The notes under the pieces: model-generated
What the model saw: the letters and a program-made list of their open reading frames with translations, nothing else
What the model was told of the DNA's origin: nothing
The model's database searches: none
Made by a program: the position numbers and the translations under genes
Source: Spirochaetales bacterium
GTDB taxonomy: Bacteria; Spirochaetota; Spirochaetia; Treponematales; UBA12059
Length of the DNA stretch: 64,000 nucleotides
NCBI GenBank assembly: GCA_016928955.1
Contig: JAFGJV010000004.1
Span: forward strand, 62,001 to 126,000
Direction: 5' to 3'
In this document: in pieces, positions 57,757-64,000 of the stretch
How positions within the stretch are numbered: position 1 is the stretch's first letter
How the letters are laid out: every line of letters begins with the position of its first letter

Positions 57757-58737
57757 TCAGCCGGGCAGGGCTGGACCGATCAGTTCTAGCACCTTTTTCT
57801 TGATAGTTTCAAGTGGATAGGGCGACTTGAAACCGGCGGCCGTCCTGTGGCCGCCGCCCCCGAACGACTGGGCCAGATGGGCCACGTTGACGGCGCCCTT
57901 GGACCTGAGGGAACAGCGGAGGACTCCTTCCATGTTGACCTTGAAGAAGGCAGACACCTCCACGGATTTGGCCAGGAGAGGAATGTTGATTAGGTCCTCG
58001 GCGTCTTCGTAGCTGGCCCCACACGCCATCAGCATGTCCTTGTCCATAACCTGGATAGCCAGGGCGTCCCCGTGGTGCAGCTCAAGGGTGGACAGGACGG
58101 CTTTTCGGAGTAGGAGCACGCTGGTTGATGACGATTCGTAGAGCAGGTTGTGTATGCGGGCGGGCACCACGCCGAGGTTCACAAGATCGAGCGCGGCCTG
58201 GAAGGTGCTCTGACTGGTCTTGGCGTAGGAGAACGATCCCGTGTCGTACACGATGCCCGCAAAGAGGGCTACCGCCACGTCCGGAGCTATGTCCTGGCCA
58301 AGGGCCTTGATCAAGTAATAGGCCATCTCGCAGGTGCTGGACGCCTCGGGCATGGAGCAGGCCTCGTTGTTGGTGACGCCCTTGGCTTCGTGATGATCGA
58401 AAACGAGGATGTTTCCGGCCCTGGACAGGGCTATGTCGGCCATCTCGCCTGTGTATTGAATGTCGTTGGTGTCCAGAAGCACGATCGTCGATTGGCTCAG
58501 GTCCTGATCGGCCACGTTGGACAAGCGCAAGACTCCTATGACCTTTCTCTCGTCTATGAACGCGTATTTCTGAGAATAGACGTCCGCGTTGACGGCCTGG
58601 ACCTTTTTGCCCATGGCCTCCAGCACGACGCGCAGGGCATACTGGGCGCCCAGACCGTCAGCGTCGGGTGACTCGTGTGATGTCAGGATGAAGTTGTCGC
58701 CGTCCCGGAAGAGGGCTACCGTCTCATCCAGGGTCAT
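57757..58737 (-). CDS. DHH/DHHA1 phosphoesterase (NrnA-like)
   Basis: HESPDADGLG, LLD, FDHH, ASSTCE, DTGSF, SLRS, GGGGH..AAG. Confidence 0.93.
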   Translation of the reverse strand: MTLDETVALFRDGDNFILTSHESPDADGLGAQYALRVVLEAMGKKVQAVNADVYSQKYAFIDERKVIGVLRLSNVADQDLSQSTIVLLDTNDIQYTGEMADIALSRAGNILVFDHHEAKGVTNNEACSMPEASSTCEMAYYLIKALGQDIAPDVAVALFAGIVYDTGSFSYAKTSQSTFQAALDLVNLGVVPARIHNLLYESSSTSVLLLRKAVLSTLELHHGDALAIQVMDKDMLMACGASYEDAEDLINIPLLAKSVEVSAFFKVNMEGVLRCSLRSKGAVNVAHLAQSFGGGGHRTAAGFKSPYPLETIKKKVLELIGPALPG

Positions 58738-59570
58738 GTGGCGTTTGCCCTGCCAGGGCCGTCATCATCCCGCTTTCTCGACCTCAGCCACAGCACGGCG
58801 ATGACTCCGGCGAGCAGCACGGCCGCCCCGCCCAGGACCGGCCACAATACAGAGTCGCGTAGCCTCGACGCTCCCTCCGGGGGCTGGTAGGCCAGCTCTG
58901 ACGCCACGGCCGACTGGCCGTCGCTTCCCTGGCCCAAAGCGGCCTGGGCTGAACCGGCCAAGGGCGAGCTGGGGCGGGCAGGCGGGTCGGATAGGGTGCG
59001 TATCAGGTCGCTCGATTCTCCTTCTATCCTGCCTTCAAGCCCGTAGCCTATGGTGATCACGCGGAAGCTGCCGTGATCCTCGCGCTTGATGTATGAAAGG
59101 AGGGGATGGTTCACGGTATAGTCGGAAGAGTAATACCGGGTACCCTGGGGCGCCTCCTGCCGTTCGTCGGTGACGAGCAGTATGTATTTGGGCCTGTCCG
59201 GGGTGCCGCGTTCCTTGACGATGGTGTCCAGATCATCCAGGGCTGCGCCTATATCCGTAAAACTGCCGTCCGCCTCAAGCGCGCGTATGGACCTGACCAA
59301 GGCGGCGGTGTCCGCGTCGCTGTGTATGTCGCCCTTCCAGAGCACCGAGCGTTGGCCGTAGAATTCCAAAACGCAGGCCCAGTCGCCGGGCAGGAACAGC
59401 CTGCCGACCACGTCGCCGGCTACAAAATTCTTGGCGTCCTGTATGGCAGGCTGCATGGACAGGGACGTGTCGAGCAGTATGAAAAAATCCACGTTATTCA
59501 CCCGCTCGTCGGCAGACAGGCCCGCGAGCGAGAGCATGAAGCAAAGGATAAAGGCAAGGGCGCGTTTCAT
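58734..59570 (-). CDS. vWA-domain membrane-anchored protein (Tp0750-like)
   Basis: Signal peptide MKRALA; LLDTSLSM MIDAS, FTDIGAAL, LLVTD; C-terminal TM and basic residues. Confidence 0.85.
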   Translation of the reverse strand: MKRALAFILCFMLSLAGLSADERVNNVDFFILLDTSLSMQPAIQDAKNFVAGDVVGRLFLPGDWACVLEFYGQRSVLWKGDIHSDADTAALVRSIRALEADGSFTDIGAALDDLDTIVKERGTPDRPKYILLVTDERQEAPQGTRYYSSDYTVNHPLLSYIKREDHGSFRVITIGYGLEGRIEGESSDLIRTLSDPPARPSSPLAGSAQAALGQGSDGQSAVASELAYQPPEGASRLRDSVLWPVLGGAAVLLAGVIAVLWLRSRKRDDDGPGRANAT

Positions 59571-60106
59571 CGATGCAAACCATCCTCGTTTTTGGCGCCA
59601 GGACAGCCTTGGCTCGGCATCCCTGCACCGCGCAATTCCCTCGGGGAACCGCTTCTTTGGGGAACCCGTAATGCACAAGCGCCCACGGGTTCCATCACAA
59701 CCACATTCTTGAACATGAGTCCTCAAGCACGGAAACATCCCTCAGACCCGGGTCAAAAACAACGGAAGACGGCCCGGCACATGAGACGCTAGTAGTATGG
59801 TACCGTGAGCATCACCTATTTCAGGGCATTTTGCAAGAGAAAATGCGATACGCGGATTTCGGCTGCACTGATGGCCTGCGGCGGTTCGCTGGTTCCACGA
59901 CGCTTGCCGGGGGCTGAGTCGCCGCTGTGGCGTGAGGGGGAGGGCGGCAGAGATGCCATAGGGTTTTCAACATCCTGCTAGAGGTCAGGCTGGTCAGAAT
60001 AACCTTGCCCGTATGGGTTTTAGGCTACCGTGGCCCAGAATGACCAAATATAGAGATTATCTACGATTATAGCATGTAATGGGCGCGTATTTTTTTAACT
60101 ACCCGC

Positions 60107-60134
60107 TTTACTTTTCCGCGCCAGGGGGTAGTAT
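60107..60134 (+). promoter_or_regulatory. Possible sigma70 promoter for cfpA
   Basis: TTTACT-N16-TAGTAT in an AT-richer intergenic region; TAAGGAG RBS at 60161. Confidence 0.4.
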
Positions 60135-60174
60135 AGGCGGCATATCGACACTTTTTCCCATAAGGAGATGAACG

Positions 60175-62229
60175 ATGGGTGCCATTGACCTCCCAAAGAG
60201 CCCTAACGTATTCCATCCTGAGAAGCCTAGCGCGGTTGGTTCGCGCAACTCGCTTGCCCAGGAGAACCGCGACCAGCAGAAGGAAGTAGACCAGCTGCTG
60301 CATGAGGAGACCAACAAGGTCCTCCATCACCTCAACTCCCGCCTGCCCAAGGAAGTCCTGGAACGCCTGGACGTCATGGGTGGCCTCAAGGAGAAGGTGT
60401 ACAACTACTTCAACCAGAACTACCAGAACATGTTCAACCGCTATATCGTCACCACTGAGGACGAGATGGTGAAGAAGGTCAGGAACTTCATTGACAAGGA
60501 AGAAATGAAGACCCTGTCCCGCTACACCCCGAAGGAGATAGCGGCCCTTCTGGACGAGGTCGGCGGCGCTGACAAGTTCAACACCGGCGAAATCGAAAAG
60601 TCCATGGTCAACATGTTCGGCCACCTCCAGGGCCATATCCAGCGCGGCGTCAACGAGCTGGAGAACCTGACCAACAGCCTGCTCCGCCAGAAGACGGACG
60701 TTGGCGCCTTCATCCGCGGCGAGAACGCCTACTCCGTGGTCAAGTGCGCCTTCAAGGACAACGCCTGGAAGCCCAAGACGGTCGCAGACGTCAAGCTATC
60801 CGTCAACATCCTGGACTCCGAGCTCATCAGCCCGATCTTCCACTACCAGGTCACCGTTGAGTACCTGATCAAGGACCTGATCGCCAAGCACATCATCGAT
60901 ACCATTGACAAGGAAATCGAGAAGCTCAAGGACACGCTGATAGACGAGGGCAAGGAAGAGCTGAACGACACCGAGATCATCTTTGAGAAGATGAAGAAGG
61001 TGAAGGATTTCACCGACGACGACATCGAGAATCCCAAGTCCAAGCGCTATACCATCATAGCCAAGGACCTGATGGACAGGATCAACAATCTTCGCGCGGA
61101 AATCGACCCGGCCACCTTCGACCAGCTCAATATCCGCGAGAACCTCAAGAAGATCATCGACATCGAGAACATCCGCAACCGCGGCTACAACACCGCGGTC
61201 AACAGCCTGACGTCCATCCTGGACACGTCCAAGATGGGCTACCAGTACATCGAGAACCTGAAGAACGCCCGCTTGCTCATCATCCGCGAGTACGAGGATA
61301 CCGACCGCGCCATCCTGCCCGACGAGCGCTACCAGATCCGCCTCCAGTACTACGACAACGCCCAGCTCATCGAGGAGCGCAAGGCCTACGATGTGCAGAT
61401 CACCAGCTTTGAGACCGAGGTCCAGCACCTCTGGGACGTCATGCAGATGATGTACGACGATTCCAAGTTCTTGAAGCGCATCACGGACTTCAACGACCTT
61501 GCCAAGATCATGAAGAACAAGATCCGCCGCAAGATCAAGGAGCCCAAGGGCGAGCCGATGTACGAGGACATTGCCAAGGTCTGGGACGAAATTTCCTTCG
61601 TGAAGCCCGCTGAGACCGACGTGGAAAGCCTCAACCGCACCTACCTGTTCGAGAAGGACAAGGTCAAGAACCGCCTGATCCTCATGCGGGACAAGCTCAA
61701 GACCATGTATGCGTACCAGTACCCCATACAGCGCCGCGTGGTGGAGGAGCGCCTGAACTTCCTTGAGAAGGAATTCCAGCGCTTTGACTACATGATCAAT
61801 CCCTACCATATCCAGCCCGGTCTACTCCTTGACGTGGATATCACATCCATCAAGCGCAAGAAGGCCACCCTGGACGGCATGGCCAACGTGCTCAACGAGT
61901 TCCTGCACGGCGTGTCCAAGGGCTTCCAGGACGCGGCCTTTGCCTCGTTCAGCCGCAGGCGCTCCACCGTCCGCGAGGACATTGCCCAGTCCTTTGCCCC
62001 TCCGTCCTTGGAAGAGGGACAGGAGAGCGCTTCGTCCGGCTATCTGGCCATGCTCAACGCAGAGCCTGCCGCCCTGCCCGAAGCCACTGCCACCAGGGCT
62101 CCGTCCACCCGCGGACGCAAGCCGGCGGCCCGTGGCGTGGTAGACAGCGCCAAGCGCCCTGGGCGCAAGCCGGGCCCCAAGGCCGGTGGAAGGTCCCGCA
62201 GGGACTCAGGCGGAGTACGCGAGCTTTGA
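60175..62229 (+). CDS. cfpA: Cytoplasmic filament protein A
   Basis: N-terminus [26 protein letters not shown] recognised as treponemal CfpA; 684 aa, coiled-coil, strongly biased codons. Confidence 0.93.
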   Translation: MGAIDLPKSPNVFHPEKPSAVGSRNSLAQENRDQQKEVDQLLHEETNKVLHHLNSRLPKEVLERLDVMGGLKEKVYNYFNQNYQNMFNRYIVTTEDEMVKKVRNFIDKEEMKTLSRYTPKEIAALLDEVGGADKFNTGEIEKSMVNMFGHLQGHIQRGVNELENLTNSLLRQKTDVGAFIRGENAYSVVKCAFKDNAWKPKTVADVKLSVNILDSELISPIFHYQVTVEYLIKDLIAKHIIDTIDKEIEKLKDTLIDEGKEELNDTEIIFEKMKKVKDFTDDDIENPKSKRYTIIAKDLMDRINNLRAEIDPATFDQLNIRENLKKIIDIENIRNRGYNTAVNSLTSILDTSKMGYQYIENLKNARLLIIREYEDTDRAILPDERYQIRLQYYDNAQLIEERKAYDVQITSFETEVQHLWDVMQMMYDDSKFLKRITDFNDLAKIMKNKIRRKIKEPKGEPMYEDIAKVWDEISFVKPAETDVESLNRTYLFEKDKVKNRLILMRDKLKTMYAYQYPIQRRVVEERLNFLEKEFQRFDYMINPYHIQPGLLLDVDITSIKRKKATLDGMANVLNEFLHGVSKGFQDAAFASFSRRRSTVREDIAQSFAPPSLEEGQESASSGYLAMLNAEPAALPEATATRAPSTRGRKPAARGVVDSAKRPGRKPGPKAGGRSRRDSGGVREL

Positions 62230-62322
62230 TCGCGGTGACGCGCACGTGCTGAAACAGCGTGGCCGGGTGAACGTATCCGTTTCCCCGCCGCGCTAGAACA
62301 GCGGCGCGCGAGTACCAAACCG

Positions 62323-62357
62323 GGCGCCCCCACCGCTGTGGGGGCGCCTTATTTTTT
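62323..62357 (+). terminator. Rho-independent terminator after cfpA
   Basis: Perfect stem GGCGCCCCCAC / GTGGGGGCGCC followed by TTATTTTTT. Confidence 0.85.
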
Positions 62358-62384
62358 GACAAAGAGGCGGAAACTATCTACTAT
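62356..62384 (+). promoter_or_regulatory. Sigma70 promoter overlapping the terminator tail
   Basis: TTGACA-N17-TACTAT. Confidence 0.7.
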
Positions 62385-62561
62385 TATTCATCGTACCGGC
62401 GGTCTTGCCGACGTGGCTGGTAAGCCCCGCGGATTGGCGTGAACGCAGGAAAGACCGCGACTGATGAACGGTCACCGAGTATGGCCAGTGGTTTTTAAAG
62501 CGCGAGCATCAGAACGATTTGATTGGCTGTCCTTCCGGGCGGCCGTATGGAAGGGGTGGGC

Positions 62562-63596
62562 ATGTTGGTCACAAACTACGTATTCGAGGCGTTAGGGTCG
62601 CGGGAATCCTTCAATACCTCGGTTCGGCACGTCAAGGCGACCGTGGGGTTGTCGGAAAGGGTGGCGGGCGGCGAGAACCTGGCGGACGCCGTCAACACGC
62701 TGCTGGACGAAAAGGCCCTGAGCTTGGACGAGGTGGCGCCGCTGGTGTCTATGTTGCTCGTGGACAAATTATCCTACGTGGCGGTATCCAGGAACCTGAG
62801 CACCGTGACCACGGATCTGAAGGCCGTCCACGCCGCCGTAAAATCCTGGAACGCGGCTGATTTCGTCGTCCTGTACCATCATCCGGACCTCGGCTGCATA
62901 CTGCTCAACCCCAAAAACGAGTCGCATCTGGCCCGGCTTGACCGGCTGAACAAATACGAGCTCATTACCGTATACGCCGGGGGCTTTGCCAAAGGGCTGG
63001 ACGCCGCGCTGGCGCGGAAGGCGGCACTTGCCCTGGTCGGGCTTTACGAGGGAGACAAACCCAAGGCAGACGCGTCCCTTGGCAAGGGACCGTTCTCGTA
63101 TCGCCAGCCCAAGCCCAAGGCGGCGCCCCGAGCGGAGCCTGCAAAGAAGGCGGGCAGAAAAGCCGCGCCTGCCCGGAAAGGCAAAAAGAAGGCGTCCGCC
63201 GGAACAGCGGTTGCCGAGCAGGCCGTGCGGGCACCCGCGCCGGCTGCTCAGGCACCCAAGATGGGCGCACGCATGACGCCCATGTACGCGGTTCCCGTCA
63301 GCAACGAATTGTTCCACAACGGAAACGTTGAGGCATGGAAGCGCATCATAGAAAGCTACAAGACCAAACACCCCGACCTGGAAGTGCTCGTGTACTACGA
63401 CGGCGAGCGCATCACGGATATCAACGCCCTCTTCAAATGGGGCAAGGTCAAGCACGGCAGCGTCATCCAGTTTGCGGTGGCCGGAGAGAATATCTGCGAT
63501 GTGGCCAAGCTGCAGCGCTATCTGGCCCAGGGCGCGAGCAAGATGTTCGAGGCTTTCCTCCGCGGACCCGTCAACAGCGTCCTTCCCCTGTTTTGA
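62562..63596 (+). CDS. Conserved spirochete hypothetical protein
   Basis: Long ORF with Lys/Ala linker; C-terminal NELFHNGNVEAWK...LFKWGKVKHG domain; start uncertain (62547 or 62562). Confidence 0.8.
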   Translation: MLVTNYVFEALGSRESFNTSVRHVKATVGLSERVAGGENLADAVNTLLDEKALSLDEVAPLVSMLLVDKLSYVAVSRNLSTVTTDLKAVHAAVKSWNAADFVVLYHHPDLGCILLNPKNESHLARLDRLNKYELITVYAGGFAKGLDAALARKAALALVGLYEGDKPKADASLGKGPFSYRQPKPKAAPRAEPAKKAGRKAAPARKGKKKASAGTAVAEQAVRAPAPAAQAPKMGARMTPMYAVPVSNELFHNGNVEAWKRIIESYKTKHPDLEVLVYYDGERITDINALFKWGKVKHGSVIQFAVAGENICDVAKLQRYLAQGASKMFEAFLRGPVNSVLPLF

Positions 63597-63610
63597 GCAA
63601 GGAGCAGAGC

Positions 63611-64000
63611 ATGAAAGAGCATGTCCATTTTTTCAGCCAGAAAGACGTCATCAAAAAGGGTGTTGAACTAGAGACGCTCGGACAGCGCGGGCGCCAGGCC
63701 AACGAATTCGCGGAGCTTGGTTTTCCAATACTGCCCGGCTTTATCATTGATTCCGTGGTTGCGTCGCACCTGGCCAAGGAGAACGTCCTTGACGCCATCC
63801 GGGCGCCCATGAAAAAGGCAGACGCCGTGGTGGAAAAATCCTACGGCGACCCCAACGAGCCCCTGCTCATCAAGATTGTCATATCCCCGAACCTGGCCAT
63901 ATCCAACTATCCGGCCCTGCACAACTTTGGCCTTGCCAGAAAGACTGTGGGCGGTTTCACGCGCTTTGTGGGGGAGAACTTTGCAGCCCATGAAGTGGCT
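63611..64000 (+). CDS. Pyruvate phosphate dikinase-like protein, N-terminal part (truncated by window; absent from ORF track)
   Basis: AAGGAG RBS; manual translation MKEHVHFFS...LGQRGRQANEFAELGFPILPGFII...KSYGDPNEPLL...LHNFGL resembles the PPDK N-terminus. Confidence 0.75.
   Translation, partial: MKEHVHFFSQKDVIKKGVELETLGQRGRQANEFAELGFPILPGFIIDSVVASHLAKENVLDAIRAPMKKADAVVEKSYGDPNEPLLIKIVISPNLAISNYPALHNFGLARKTVGGFTRFVGENFAAHEVA

Noticed and set aside
59571..60174. Small ORF or ncRNA in the ~600-bp gap before cfpA
   Set aside because: No convincing RBS-led ORF or recognisable RNA; only the repeat-end motif and promoter-like sequence are supportable
60796..61809. 337-aa minus-strand ORF
   Set aside because: Antisense shadow of cfpA
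1..64000. CRISPR array, tRNA, rRNA, integrase or transposase
   Set aside because: No regularly spaced repeats, cloverleaf or rRNA signatures, or recombinase motifs seen by eye

Overview
High-GC (visibly ~60-65%) bacterial chromosome segment, almost certainly from a spirochete of the Treponema/Spirochaetales group. Evidence: cfpA and the miaB / pallilysin-related / vWA / cfpA / PPDK-like gene order. Most of the window is housekeeping or metabolic: tyrS, ABC-F, cheD, glycolipid glycosyltransferases, a ferredoxin missed by the ORF track, DAHP synthase, arcA facing an ArcE/COG2403 homolog, cstA-small protein-ArsA, uxuA, folD-folE2-split purH and miaB. The standout is an ~18 kb tightly coupled + strand operon (26892-44997). 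It encodes a lipoprotein, a TPR lipoprotein, TolC, a membrane-fusion protein (with no inner-membrane pump), two Ig-like lipoproteins, a 3147-aa Sec-signal protein and an ATGA-coupled lipoprotein. The giant protein ends in an H-x7-S-x-G-C tip. An abrupt AT-rich patch covers only that tip and the N-terminal half of the next gene. This looks like an undescribed polymorphic toxin/immunity system with its own export machinery (inference). No tRNA, rRNA, CRISPR array or transposase was seen. All family assignments come from motif recognition, not from database searches.
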